A stretch of DNA of 63,739 nucleotides, the filler included, from Octopus bimaculoides (lineage: Eukaryota): assembly GCF_001194135.2 (NCBI RefSeq). It is 6 parts of 6 records of this genome, joined end to end, with 100 filler letters (N's around TTAATTAATTAA, not from the genome) between each part and the next. Parts side by side here need not be neighbours in the genome. Positions count along the whole stretch, not along the records: positions 1 to 16,412 come from NC_068995.1; positions 16,513 to 46,974 come from NC_068986.1; 4 more parts are not named here. One strand, given 5' to 3'. Of the stretch, positions 12,906 to 25,795 are shown in pieces. A program made the translations under genes and the position numbers. Positions within the stretch are counted from its first letter, which is position 1. Each line of letters begins with the position of its first letter. Below the pieces are notes generated by a model. It made no database searches. It had not been told where the DNA came from and saw only the letters and a program-made list of their open reading frames with translations.

Positions 12906-15136
12906 AGGGGTCACATTCGATTTGAATTCACTGTTGCTAATGTTCACCACAGCCAAAAGGTAGAATCGTTAGACCTTCGGCCTAAATACCCGTGGTATTT
13001 AACTGTAATCCTTTACATTTTTCGAAGTCAATACGAAGTCATTTCTTACTTTAAGGCGGTAGAATCGTTTGCACGCCGAGCAAAATGCTTAGCGGCATTT
13101 CGTCCGTCTTTACTTTCTGAGTCCAAATTCCGCCGAGGTTGACTTTGCTTTTCATTCTTTCGATATCGATAAAACAACTACCAGTTGAGCACTGTGGTGG
13201 ATCTAATCGATCTATCTCCACCCCCGAAATTGCTGGCCTTGTGCTAAAACTTGAAAGCAATATGCATTTCTTACTTCAATATTCGATAAATACTGGTTCG
13301 ATTTAATACTCCAACAATGCATCTTGGATATGATTAGAACTATAAAAGAAAACTAAGAGTAAGAAATGTGTTCCATTAACGCTAAAAGATTATAAGTCGC
13401 AGATGACGGTGCCATGTATTGAATTTAGAAAAGTAAAGTATGAGACCAGACACTAATATTATCTCATGTTTTCTGACTGAGCCAAATATTCTGCTTCATA
13501 ACAACAACAATAATGCCAAAGAAGAAATCCCTACATGGTCACTCAATTTGTTAGAAACAGCAGACGTATCTCTTTACTATTATTAAAATGACCATTGAAT
13601 AATGTAGTTCTTGATATGCTATGTCTGAAAATAAGACACGATTACAGCTACTGTTGGAATAAATGTACGTGATCGAAATTGTGTTGGCGCTAAATAATAA
13701 AAATAATAAACATAATTTCTTTAGGTATGCCTGAAGGGACTTTGTTTAATGTATGTGAGTTAGCGCTGGACCGAGACCAGCATAGTATTAATTGTGGGCA
13801 TGGATACAAGGCCACATACTTGGATTTAATGCTACTTTATTTTCTCGACCCCCAGAAGAATGAAAAGAAAAGTCAATATCGGGTAAATTTGAACGTTGAG
13901 ACATCTAACTAAATACTGAAAACATTTTGTTTCTCTTCCTGATTCTGCTTGTCCACCGCCGCCATCATGTCTGTTATTACTCCTGACCCAACCATTATTA
14001 GTAACTATTTTATAGACTTTAGGGCTGAAAGGCAACAGCAGCCACGGTGAAATTTGAACTAGTCAGCATGTAGCTTTAATTCTCTGCAGCCATGGCAACC
14101 GCTCCGATACCCTAATTATATTTTTATTTTAGAATAATGATTCAGATTTACAGCACAGGAAGTTATGATGTTCAGACCCTTTTTTAAAACTGCTGAAAAC
14201 GTAACCAAAATATTCCGATCGAAACCGGTTGTTGTTATTTGCTTCTCGAAAAATTACTGTCACGCAACGGCAGCCTCTAAACCACAATGCTAACATTATT
14301 AATCTCTTCTTACGTAGATGTGAAACTTTAGTGCTTCAGAAAAAGAGAAATAGTGAGTTGTATCGCTAATATCTTTGCTAAATATATTAATTAAGTAAAC
14401 GGAGTGAAGTAGTTCTAACAAGGAATAATAACTATTATTCCTCGTTTGAATCACTTCATTATATTCGGATTTTGGAATCAGATTCACTCTACGATGGTCG
14501 CTACATGCCAACAATGTTGTTTGTATACAGCCATAACGTCTTAGATTTGCAAGGAAGCGTAATTGATATAATGTAAAATTCACAACTTTCTTAAATGTGT
14601 TGATGATGTAAGTGAAGAGGATCTAACTTTTGTCAGTGCCGTATATCATTTTTTGTTTTCAGATATCCGGATACAATCTTTTGATTTGTGTGGATTTTAA
14701 CTAGTAATGAATTATATAGCAAATATTAGAGAATTAACTCCTTAGATACAGGGTGAACCAAAAGAAAAATAGATAATAATAATAATTATAATAATAATAA
14801 TAAGGCACGACAACGACTATAATGATGATTATGCTGTTTCCTCCAGCCAGGAAGCCTTTGTAATACATATGACCGGAGACCAGTTAGACCGGAGACCAGT
14901 GAACTTATACTAGCTTTGGCAATATAAAGATTATAACAATACTTCAGTACAGAGACAATGGAATGTCAGAATTTCAACGAAGTCTGCAAAATTGTGACAC
15001 TTAGGTCTTTTTTAACATTTGTAATGTAAGCGAAAAAGGCCATCTTTCTCTCAGTCTTGTTTTCTTTCTTCTCATGTATGTCTTTCCCCGCTCTATCTCT
15101 TACCCTTCTTCATTTCTCACTCTATTTATATCACTC

Positions 15137-15250
<114 letters not shown>

Positions 15251-16360
15251 TTTTTCTTTTGGCTCACCCCGCATCTAAGGAGTTAATTCTCTAATATTTG
15301 CTATATAATTCATTACTAGTTAAAATCCACACAAATCAAAAGATTGTATCCGGATATCTGAAAACAAAAATGTATTTAATATATTCTTTCTGTATTAGAG
15401 AAAATGTGATTTGGGAGACCATGTGGACTTGAATGCAGAAAAAGAAGACCATGTCAAGCAATAAAATTACATATAAGGATGACAATGTGCATCCAGAATA
15501 TTGATAAAATATAAAAAGAAAGACCGTTTTAAAAGTGAAATACAGCAAACACGATTTTGCAATGTGGACCATAAAATAAAAAAAATTATTTGGGCACAAT
15601 TGTCCGATTGATGTCACGTCGTCACAAGATTTCAGAGGCAAATGTTACGGAACAAAGTTTTATATACACCTACACAAAACGTGGGCACTAGTCTTTTATT
15701 GAACCTTGTTCGACCTTTTGTAGGCACATAAAATTTGACCCTGTTAGTTCGAATAATTTCATTTTGTTTTTCTTACACTTCTTTTTGATCCGTTGTTTAT
15801 GATTCACTAAGGTATTTTCTGCTATATACGATGTTTCTTAACGTCTGTAACGTATTATTTCAGTGACGCAATCTCATTTAGTTGTATAATGTTTCATAAT
15901 GCCCGTTACGAGAATTTTACTCATGCTAGATTCAAACCTAGATTTATCTATCATTATTGCTGCACCTGGTCTCAAGGCACCCAAAGCATAATCTCCTATC
16001 TCAACAAACACTTTCATCAGACATCAAATTCAATTTGTAAACAGAACATCACATTTCCATTGAAACTATCAATTACATCAGGTTATTAAGCGCAGGTCAC
16101 ACCTACTCATTCTACTTAATTGTCACTCGTTCATTGGAACATTACTGCTGAAAGTTTACATTGGTGAATTCAAATTTTCAGGTACATGTAGTTAAAAGGA
16201 TTGGCTTTAATAAATTCTATATAAAATACTTGATTGTAAACTCATCTGTGCAAATCTTAACACACTTTTATATAACTTTTTATATAACCTATACATCAAC
16301 GAGGTACGTATATGTGTGTATATGTATTTGCATGTATTACACACACACACACACACACAC

Positions 16361-16412
<52 letters not shown>

Positions 16413-16512
16413 NNNNNNNNNNNNNNNNNNNNNNNNNNNNNNNNNNNNNNNNNNNNTTAATTAATTAANNNNNNNNNNNNNNNNNNNNNNNNNNNNNNNN
16501 NNNNNNNNNNNN
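16413..16512. other. Scaffold-joining gap with TTAATTAATTAA linker (also at ~47019, 53174, 59634, 62207)
   Basis: 100-nt N block with a central 12-mer that gives stops in all frames; repeated identically five times, so artificial. Confidence 0.9.
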
Positions 16513-16513
16513 C

Positions 16514-16800
16514 TGGTATGGACATGTGGTGAGAATGGATGAGGATAGCTGCCTGAAAAAGTGCCACACCCTAACAGTTGAGGGAACCCGTGGAAGAGGT
16601 AGGCCCAGGAAGACCTAGGCTGAGGTGGTGAGGCAAGACCTTCATACATTGGGCCTCACCGAGGCGATGACTACTGACCGAGACCTTTGGAAATGTGCTG
16701 TGCGTGAGAAGACCCGGCAAGCCAAGTAAGATCGTTGCCAGTGCCCCTGGACTGGCTCTTGTGCGGGTGGCACATGAGATGCACCATTTTGAGTGTGGCT
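16514..16800 (+). mobile_element. RTE LINE 3' fragment
   Basis: WYGHVVRMDEDSCLKKC...GTRGRGRPRKT*...DRDLWK...KTRQAK* is a typical RTE ORF C-terminus. Confidence 0.85.
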
Positions 16801-16948
16801 GTTGATCCTGCCCATTTTGGATCATTTTTCTTCATTAGAAAGGCTGGTTTGCAGCTTTCACCTTCCTAACAAAACTTTATTTTCTCATGCTCCAATACTT
16901 GTAGTCATTTGCTATTGTCTAAATAAATGTTTGACATGAATTACTATT

Positions 16949-17766
16949 CATCATCATCTTTTAACGTCCACTGTCCATGCTGGCATGGGTTGGATGGTTT
17001 GACTAGGGCTGGTAAGCTGAGGGGCTGCACCAGTCTGATTTGGCATGGTTTCTATGGCTGGATACTCTTCCTAATGCCAACCACTCCAAGAGTGTAACGG
17101 GTGCTTTTATTTGCCACCGGCATGGGTGCCAGTTGCGTGACACCAGTATCCACCATGACTACAATTTCACTTGGTATGATGAGTCTTCTTCTCAAGCATG
17201 GAATATTGCCAAAGGTCTCGGTCATTTGTCATTGCCTCCGTGAGGCCCAGCGCTCAAGAGGTGCTTTTTACTTGCCACTGACACGGGTGCCAGTTACGAG
17301 ACACTGGTATTGGCTATATTGCCTCTGTGAGGCCCAGCGCTCAACAGGTGCTTTTTAAGTGCCACCAGCTCAGCTACATTGCCTCCATGAGGCCCAGCAA
17401 TCCATAGGTGCATTTTATGTGTCACTGGCACAGGTACCAGTTATGCGACACTGGCATCAGCCATGACTACAATTTCACTTAGCTTGATGGGTCTTCTCAA
17501 GCACGGCATATCACCAAAGGTCTTGGTTACTAGTCATTGCCTCTGTGAGGCCCAACATTCAAAGATCATGCTTCGCCACCTCATCCCATGTCTTCCTGGG
17601 TCTACCTCTTCCACAGGTTCCCCCACAGTTAGAGATTGGCACTTCTTTACATGGCTGTCCTTGTTCATACGCATCACATGACCATACCAGCACAGTTGTC
17701 TCTCTTACACACATCTGATGCCTCTTATGCCCAACTTTTCTCTCAAGGTGCTTACACTCTGTTGAA
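16949..17766 (-). mobile_element. RTE LINE 3' end: ORF tail, repeat-containing 3'UTR and (ATG)n tail
   Basis: WYGHVMRM...CGRGRPRKTWDEVAKHDL at 17560-17700, continuous with a UTR ending ...GGACGTTAAAAGATGATGATG. Confidence 0.85.
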
Positions 17767-18049
17767 CATGCACACTGACATTGTACTTTTTTAATGCCTG
17801 CAATAATCACTTTATAACTAAGCTAAAAGATATTCCAGCCATTTCTTTTTTTTTTTTTTTTTTTTTTTGTTGGAAGAAGGCATTGTCTATCTAGGGCTAT
17901 TTTTATCCAAACTATTTTCTCTGATATAAGATGGCAGAATATGTTTTAAAGGAGTAGAGTATGTTTTTTAGCTGCTGTCTCTAGTACATCAAGCAGTTAT
18001 TTAAAAGTTCCTTTATTGACTCATATATCATCTGATGCAAAAGAGCTAG

Positions 18050-18275
18050 GGACTACAATAGTGTGGACATGTGATGTGTGTTAGAAATGATGGTTGAGAA
18101 CAGGAATGTGAAGCAATTCAAGTGGAAGGAATCTGTAGAGGAGGTTTGAAGAGGATATGGACAGAAGTGGTCAAGGATGACCTCAGGATATTGAGCTTTA
18201 CAAGGATGCAGCTAGAGAGATGCTAACCTATCCAAGTCATACCATCATGGGAAAACAGATGTAATGATAATGATG
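18050..18275 (+). mobile_element. Degraded RTE 3' end
   Basis: GHVM..., ...WTEVVKDDLR..., followed by the 3' tail CCAAGTCATACCATCATGGGAAAACAGATGTAATGATAATGATG. Confidence 0.55.
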
Positions 18276-18520
18276 GTAATAACATACATAAGTATGTGTT
18301 GCCATGATATAAAACTATTATTATTATAATTTATAATTAACAGTGAAGATTGGGCTTTCAAATTTATTTGAAGCACCTTTCTAGTATTAGCATTTATTAA
18401 TACTGATTCTTTAAATAGAATTAGGTCCTGAAGAGTAAAAGCAGATCAAGTCATTGCAAATTAGGGAGATGTAAACTGTCTCAACCAACCTCATATAAAA
18501 ATACAACTTTGTTTACTTAC

Positions 18521-18642
18521 CAAGACAACTATGTCCATAGTGGATCATAAAATCTGCACCAAGAGCTTTTGCAGTGAAGTCATCAATACAGCATGCACCA
18601 TAGGTGACATCTCCCATGATAAGGGTTTCTGCATCAGTGAAC
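18521..18642 (-). CDS. DPH1: DPH1 exon 5 ([40 protein letters not shown])
   Basis: cttttcttCAG acceptor, GTAAGT donor, 122 nt. Contains the hallmark GDVTYGACC and HYGHSCL motifs of the Dph1/Dph2 family. Confidence 0.97.
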
Positions 18643-18663
18643 CTGAAGAAAAGAAGTATTAAT

Positions 18664-18860
18664 AAATGAATCATCATCATTTAATGTTTGTTGTCCATGC
18701 CGGCATGGGTTGGATGGTTTGACTAGAGCTGGCAAGCTGAGGGTCTGCACCAAACTCCAGTCTGATTTGGCATGCTTTCTACAGCTGGATGTCCTTCCTA
18801 ATGCCAACCAACATACAGTGTGCTGGGTGCTTTTATGTGGTATCATATAGATGCTTTACA
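18664..18860 (-). mobile_element. RTE-3'UTR-type repeat
   Basis: catcatcatttaatgtttgttgtccatgccggcatgggttgg. Confidence 0.7.
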
Positions 18861-19041
18861 TGTCACCACATGGACGCTGTTATGTGATGTCACAAATATA
18901 TAAAAAGCCATCTTTTGTGGTGGCTCCATATCAGCCCAACCAAGTAGATCTATGATCAGAGACCTTCTTGCCACAACACTTATAATGGTAGTCTACTTTT
19001 TTAAGACCAACCCAAGGCTAAATAATGCGTTACAGAACATT

Positions 19042-19210
19042 AAGTAGCTTGCCTACCAACCACATGGTTCTGGGTTCGGTCCCACTGTGTGGCACCTTGG
19101 GCAAGTGTCTTCGACTATAGCTTCGGGCCGACCAAAGCCTTGTGAGTGGATTTGGTAGACGGAAACTGAAAGAAGCCCGTCATATATATATGTATATGTA
19201 TATGTATATG

Positions 19211-19308
<98 letters not shown>

Positions 19309-19500
19309 TGTGTTTGCCCCCCCCAACATCGCTTGACAACCGATGCTGGTGTGTTTACGTCCCCGTAACTTAGCGGTTCGGCAAAAGAGACCGATAGAAT
19401 AAGTACTAGGCTTACAAAGAATAAGTCCCGGGGTCGATTTGCTCAACTAAAGGCGGTGCTCCAGCATGGCCACAGTCAAATGACTGAAACAAGTAAAAGA
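19042..19500 (+). mobile_element. tRNA-derived SINE, family A (central TA/TG microsatellite)
   Basis: B-box-like GGTTCGGTCCCA; conserved ggatttggtagacggaaactgaaagaagcccg; tail gactgaaacaagtaaaagag; multiple copies in the window. Confidence 0.85.
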
Positions 19501-19531
19501 GAGAGTAAAGAGAGAGTATATAAATACCTAC

Positions 19532-19595
19532 TGTTTGATAATATCAGAGATAACACAGGCATAAATAAGGAGACCTTCAGGGAACTGGAGAGCAA
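19532..19595 (-). CDS. DPH1: DPH1 exon 4 (VALQFPEGLLIYACVISDIIKQ)
   Basis: ttctgttcTAG acceptor, GTAGGT donor, 64 nt, phases fit both neighbours. Matches the DPH1 motif VALQxPEGLL. Confidence 0.95.
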
Positions 19596-20219
19596 CTAGA
19601 ACAGAAAACAGAAAATTCAACATTAACCAAATAGAGTTAATCATACAAGAGTAGGATGATAAACAAGTAATGTGCACACACATACATATATAAGGACAGA
19701 AAGACTGGCAGATAGATATACAGTTAAATAAACAGACAGATATAGGGAAGGGGCTCTATATCGCCCCATGCTGAAAGTGTCACACAGTGGGACTGAACCC
19801 AAAACCACATGGTTGCAAAATGAGAGTCTTAACCACAAAGCAACGTCTGCACCTATGTTTTGATTTTTTCACTGTCTTCCGAACACCCTGTGAATGTTGT
19901 GAAAATACATATAATTGTTGGTATCTTTTGTTTTTTTAGTGTTCAGTATGGTGGTTGGCTATGTTTCATGTTCTCTAGCATTGAATGGAAGAAAACGAAT
20001 TCAGTTAGAGCTATTAAATAGTATACTTTTCTTTTTTCTTCAAATTTGATCCGATTCATGTCTAGTTCCACCTTACTTCTAATGTTACTGAAACAGGAGA
20101 GACAACTCAGTTTTGTAATGGTCAGTTTGCATGTTTACTGGTTAGGGATTGGTGGCAAAACAGTTAAGTATACATAGAGGAATGCAGTTATGGTATTAAA
20201 GACAGGTATTTATTCTCTC

Positions 20220-20825
20220 TTTTACTCTTTTACTTACTTCAGTCATTTGACTGCGGCCATGCTGGAGCACCGCCTTTAGTCGAGCAAATCGACCCCAGGA
20301 CTTATTCTTTGTAAGCCTAGTACTTAGTCTATCGGTCTCTTTTGCCGAACCGCTAAGTTACGGGGACTTAAACACACCAGCATCGGTTGTCAAGCGATGC
20401 TGGGGGGACAAACACAGACATACAAACACACACATATATATATATACACAAATATACGACGGGCTTCTTTCAGTTTCCGTCTACCAAATCCACTCACAAG
20501 GCTTTGGTCGGCCCAAGGCTATAGTNNNNNNNNNNTATCGGTCTCTTTTGCCGAACCGCTAAGTTACGGGGACTTAAACACACCAGCATCGGTTGTCAAG
20601 CGATGCTGGGGGGACAAACACAGACATACAAACACACACATATATATATATACACAAATATACGACGGGCTTCTTTCAGTTTCCGTCTACCAAATCCACT
20701 CACAAGGCTTTGGTCGGCCCAAGGCTATAGTAGAAGACACTTGCCCAAGGTGCCACGCAGTGGAACTGAACCCAGAACTATGTGGTTGGTAAGCAAGCTA
20801 CTTACCACACAGCCACTCCTGCACC
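20220..20825 (-). mobile_element. SINE family A (apparent internal duplication across a 10-N gap)
   Basis: Reverse complement of 19042-19500. Confidence 0.85.
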
Positions 20826-21302
20826 TATGTTTATTTTTTTTATTGATTTGGTCTGAATAAAGGAGCTGTATGGTTAAGAAGTTTGCAATCATATAGTTGT
20901 AGGTTTGATCTTGTTACACAGCAAGTACCTCTCCTACTACTGCTTCAAGACGACCTAAGCATTGTGAGTCACATTAGGTAGAGGAAACCTAATTTCACTC
21001 ATAATTGTGAGTGAGATGGTGAGAAAGCTCACTGAAGGGTCTGTACATGTCCTTGAGTGATAGACTTAATGTTTCCCAGTTAAACATCACAATCTGGCCA
21101 TCAGTTATCTTTGCAAACATTTAGATCAAATCTACAATCTGAGGATAATTCAAAATGTCTTATTGTAGCACTTCATGTGTTGTGGTTTCTTCTTCCATTT
21201 CCACACACCAGTCTTGGAAGACTATAAATATTTATAAGTGCTGATCTTTACCTTTTAACTACTAGATAATACAAAAAAGCACGAGAGTAAAACAAGATTA
21301 TA

Positions 21303-21630
21303 CATCATCATCATCATCATCGTTTAACATCTGCTTTCCATGCTAGCATGGGTTGGACGATTTGACTGAGGACTGGTGAACCAGATGGCTACACCAGGCT
21401 CCAGTCTGATTTGGCAGAGTTTCTACAGCTGGACGCCCTTCCTAACGCCAACCACTCCGAGAGTGTAGTGGGTGCTTTTACGTGCCACCAGCACGAAGGC
21501 CAGTCAGGTGGTACTGGCAACAGCCACACTCAAAATGGTGTATTTTACGTGCCACCTGCACTGGCAACGATCTCGCTCAAATGTCTTTACACATGCCGCC
21601 GGCACAAGTGCCAGGAAGGCAACGCTGGGC
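21303..21630 (-). mobile_element. RTE-3'UTR-type repeat
   Basis: catcatcatcgtttaac.tc.gctttccatgctagcatgggttgg, the same tail as 16949. Confidence 0.8.
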
Positions 21631-22009
21631 ACAGGTGTCATCATGCAAAATCTAAGAGATAGAGATGAAAACATAGGTGGGGATAGAAGGCCAGTGAATT
21701 GAATGGACCTAGGATAGAGCAATACAAAGATTGTATGTTTAGACTAGTGAAAATAGAGGGTATGGACATAGAATGCATACATGCACACACACCGACACAC
21801 ATGCATATATGCAACAGACACCTACAGTTTCTGTTTAACAAATTTCACTCACAAAGTATTGGTTGGTCAGGGCTACAGACAGAAGACACTTGCTCAAGGT
21901 ACCAGCAACAGAATGAAACTTAGAATTACATGATTGTGAAGTGAAATTGTTAACCACATAACAACACATTCGCCTATATAAATATGAACATGTTTCTAGC
22001 ACAACTCAC

Positions 22010-22079
22010 CTCTTTGAGCTCCTGTGCTTCTGATTCTCCAGATACTTTTATGAATTTCAAAATTATAATTCTTTGGAAG
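22010..22079 (-). CDS. DPH1: DPH1 exon 3 (LPKNYNFEIHKSIWRIRSTGAQR)
   Basis: ttttaaCAG acceptor, GTGAGT donor, 70 nt. Matches the conserved DPH1 motif LPxNYNFEIxKxIWRI. Confidence 0.95.
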
Positions 22080-22369
22080 CTGTTAAAAGATTATCAGGAA
22101 AATGATAAATAAACAAAAGAAATAACAGGAAAAAAATTCATTATGTGCATCGTTACATTTAAAACAAAAATTTTATCATGGAATTCTTCACATTTGAGTA
22201 AGATATCCATGCATATGGTGGTGGATACCTCTGCATGAGTTTTTATTGAGATGTCCATTGCCAACAAACTGCCTCATCAAGTCCTGGATCTAAAAGCAAA
22301 GGACATTGAAATAATGAGGATAAGTAATTTCTTATTGTTTTCTCTCCATGAGTGTAGGATTTGAACTCA

Positions 22370-22700
22370 GTACTGCTAGTTATAGTATATTCACAGCTTA
22401 TAGCTGTGAGCTGACAGCAGCTAGTTACACAGTATGTTTACAGCTGTGAGCCTAAAGTTCCTAGTAATACACTTTTTCCACTGCTTAGTTGTGAATTGGG
22501 GGTTGCTAGTTATACAATATGCTTACAGTTATAAGTGGGGGCTGCTAATAAGACAGTATGTTAAGTTGTGAACTGGGAGCTGCTAGTTTCATAGTATATT
22601 CATAGTTGTGAGCTGGGAGTTAGTTGCTAGTCACACACTTTGTCCACTGTTTCTAGTTGTGAACTGAACTAGACGCTGCTAGTTATATAGTATGCTCATT
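22370..22700. repeat. Degenerate ~40-45-bp minisatellite in DPH1 intron 2
   Basis: Recurrent gctgctagtta.a.agtat...cacagttgtgagctg units. Confidence 0.7.
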
Positions 22701-24551
22701 GTTAAGTGTGGTAAGCTGCAAGCTGTATACAAGAAATTAGAGAGAATCAGCCAAAGTTAGATATCTTTTGATCAAGAGCACAGTAGGAGAATATAAAGCA
22801 CTGACCCTTCTGTTGCTAATCCATCACTCTATCAACTCAACCAGCTGTGGATTGTTTGGATGAATTTAATTATTTCATACAAACATCATTTAAATAGAAT
22901 CAAATATGGGTTTCTAACATCACAACATCATCTCTTTTTGTAGGTCAAAGGAAATAGTTGTAATTGATTAGATTAGTTCTATTAGATGTGTGGTACATAA
23001 TTTATTGACCTCCAGAAAGATGAAAAGTGAAATCAACTATCAGGAATTGAACTCAAACTTTAGAAATAACTGTCAATTAAGGAACAAGGCCAGCACTTTT
23101 TAGTCGATTACATTGACCACAGTACTTGACTGGTACTTTATTCTATCAACCCAAGAGGGATGAAAGACAAAGTTAACCTCAGTGAGATTTGAACACAGAA
23201 TGTAAAGAGTCAGAATAAATACCATAAAGCATTTTTTCTTAATGTTTTAACAATTCTACCAATCCACCATCTTCAGAATGACTAAATAATGTAAGGTGTC
23301 TAGTCTAGTAATCTACCATTTTCTGCTGCTCCATCATTTTCATATATAACTAAATAATGGTTTCAAATTTTGGCACAAGGCCAACAGTTTCAGGGGAGGT
23401 GAGTTAGTCGATTACATTGACCCCTAGTGTATATAGACAACTATATCCTTTGACCTACACAAAGAGATGATGTTGTGGTGATGTCAGAAACCCATATTTG
23501 ATTCTATTTAAATGATGTTCGTATGAAATAATTAAATTCATCCAAACAATCCGCAGCTGGTTGAGTTGATAGAGTAATGGATTAGCAACAGAAGGGTCAG
23601 TGCTTTATATTCTCCTACTGTGCTCTTGATCAAAAATATCTAACTTTGGCTTATTCTCTCTAATTTCTTGTATACAGCTTGCAGCTTACCACGGCCAACA
23701 ATGAGCATACTATATAACTAGCATACTATATAACTGGACTGGTACTTATTTTATTGACCTCAAAAGGATGAAAGGTAAAGACAACTTCAGCGGAATTTGA
23801 ACTCAGAACATTTATGGACAAAATGTTGCCAAGCATTTTGACTGACATGTTAACAATTCTGCCAGCTCACCACTTTAAATCTAATTGAATAATAAATGAA
23901 AGTGTTACTTAGGGATTTTAATTACCTTTCTACAGCTTTGATATGTACCAGTATTAAAAAAGGACATTGGAATGCTTGCTTTAGTTAAATGAAATAAAAT
24001 AACTGTCTTGTAAAAATAGCTGTTTGACAAACAAAGATCAATAAAATAAGTATTACAGTGAAATAAATACTGCGATTGATATCATCATCATAGTCATCAT
24101 TATTCAATGTCCACTTTTCCATGCTTGCATAGATTAAACAGAATTTACCCTTCTCATGCCAAACCTCTCCTGTTTCCAACTAAAGTAACATTCCCTGTGA
24201 CCAGACATGTTTCCATGGAAGACTAAAATTGAAGGACACCATTTCCATGATGGTGACTTTCGTTTACAATTACACATGAACTCTAGGCAAGGAGACAGTA
24301 ACACATATACGGGATTCTTTCAGGTTCTGTCTACAAATCCACTCAAAAGGCTTTGGTTGGCTCAGAGCTATAGTAAACGAACTTGCCCAAGGTGTTTCAT
24401 GGTAGAACTGAACCTGAGACTATGTAGTTAGAAAGCAAACTTCTTATCACACAGCCATGCCCGTGCCTAATTGACTAAAAATCTTTAAAGTGGTGTTTTT
24501 GTATGGCTGCTGTCCAAAGATTAAAACCATCAAAAGAAAAATAATATTTAC

Positions 24552-24628
24552 TTCATCAATAGCACTTTGCAGTTGAGGATCATTTAGAATGTCATCTGGT
24601 ATCTTGTTGGTTGCACGTCTCTTCCCAG
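24552..24628 (-). CDS. DPH1: DPH1 exon 2 (GKRRATNKIPDDILNDPQLQSAIDE)
   Basis: Polypyrimidine tract + CAG acceptor, GTAAAT donor, 77 nt. Matches the recalled human DPH1 segment [20 protein letters not shown]. Confidence 0.92.
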
Positions 24629-24713
24629 CTGAAAAAGAAAAAATAACAAAAAAGAAGGATGTAAACAAAAGTATATACACTATTCCAAATAAATCTATAA
24701 ATACCATTTAGAA

Positions 24714-24932
24714 TCATCATCATCATCGTTTAACGTCCGCTTTCCATGCTAGCATGGGTTGGATGATTTGACTGAGGACTGGTGAAACCAGATGGCTACA
24801 CCAAGCTCCAATCTGATTTGGCAGAGTTTCTACAGCTGGATGCCCTTCCCAACGCCAACCACTCCGAGAGTGTAGTGGGTGCTTTTACGTGCCACCGGCA
24901 CGACGGCCAGTCAGGCGATACTGGCAATGGCC
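24714..24932 (-). mobile_element. RTE-3'UTR-type repeat with 17-bp TSD
   Basis: Same family. Flanks ATAAATACCATTTAGAA (24697-24713) / ATAAATTCCATATAGAA (24933-24949), 15/17 identical. Confidence 0.82.
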
Positions 24933-25559
24933 ATAAATTCCATATAGAAAAAACTTACATATATTTTCATCATCTTTATACCTTATAAACAATTTTGCCT
25001 GGTTATATCATTTGCCTTGTGTTAGCATTTTGTTGAGCCTGAAGACAATACAGACTGGTTGACTTGGCAAGTTGTGAGATTACCAGTTCATGGCTTGTGA
25101 TTTTGAATCTGCTGCAGATGTCAGACGACCTAGCTGTGAAAGAATAGGAACAATATTTTCTAAGAATGCTGTGATAGACTGGCATCATATCCAAGGAGTT
25201 TACTCTCACCTATTATTAAATAGAATATAGAATATGTACTCTCACTTATTATTAAATAGAATATAGAATATAATACAACCTTCATCAAATTTTACGGAGC
25301 ATGTAAATAATTATGGCTTCTTTTTTTAATGTAGTTCCTATTAGCAGCCACAAGACATAAGAAACTCTTTGTTGATAAGATTCCTGAAGTCTACACATCT
25401 TCATACTTATTCTAGCTGCTGTTAATTTCTTCTATCTAAACTTTACTGTGGATACTTATTTTATTTTTATTAGTGTTGATGTAATTGACTAGTCTCCTTC
25501 CCCCAAATTTCAGGCCTTGTGCCTAATGTAGAAAGTATCATCATTATTATTATTATTAT

Positions 25560-25795
25560 TGGGTGGCAAGCTCGCAGAATCGTTAGCACGCTGGGTGAAA
25601 TGCCTAGCAGTATTTCGTCTGCCGTTACGTTCTGAGTTCAAATTCCGCCGAGGTCGACTTTGCCTGTCATCCTTTCGGGGTCAATTAAATAAGTACCAGT
25701 TACACACTGAGGTCGTTGTAATCGACTTAATCTCTTTGTCAGTTCTTGTTTGTCTCATCTATGTTCAGCCCCCTGTGGGCAATAAAGAAATAAGT
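25560..25795 (+). mobile_element. SINE family B
   Basis: ggcaagctcgcagaatcgttagcacg ... ttctgagttcaaattccgccgaggtcgac. Further degraded copies near 6915, 10500, 13060, 23100, 43600, 45340 and 51350. Confidence 0.75.

Noticed and set aside
16457-16468. Recurrent TTAATTAATTAA motif (five sites)
   Set aside because: It always sits centred in a 100-nt N block; it is an artificial scaffolding linker, not biology.
20329-20730. Identical ~196-bp tandem duplication inside a SINE
   Set aside because: The copies are separated by a 10-N gap and are identical, typical of unmerged overlapping contig ends.
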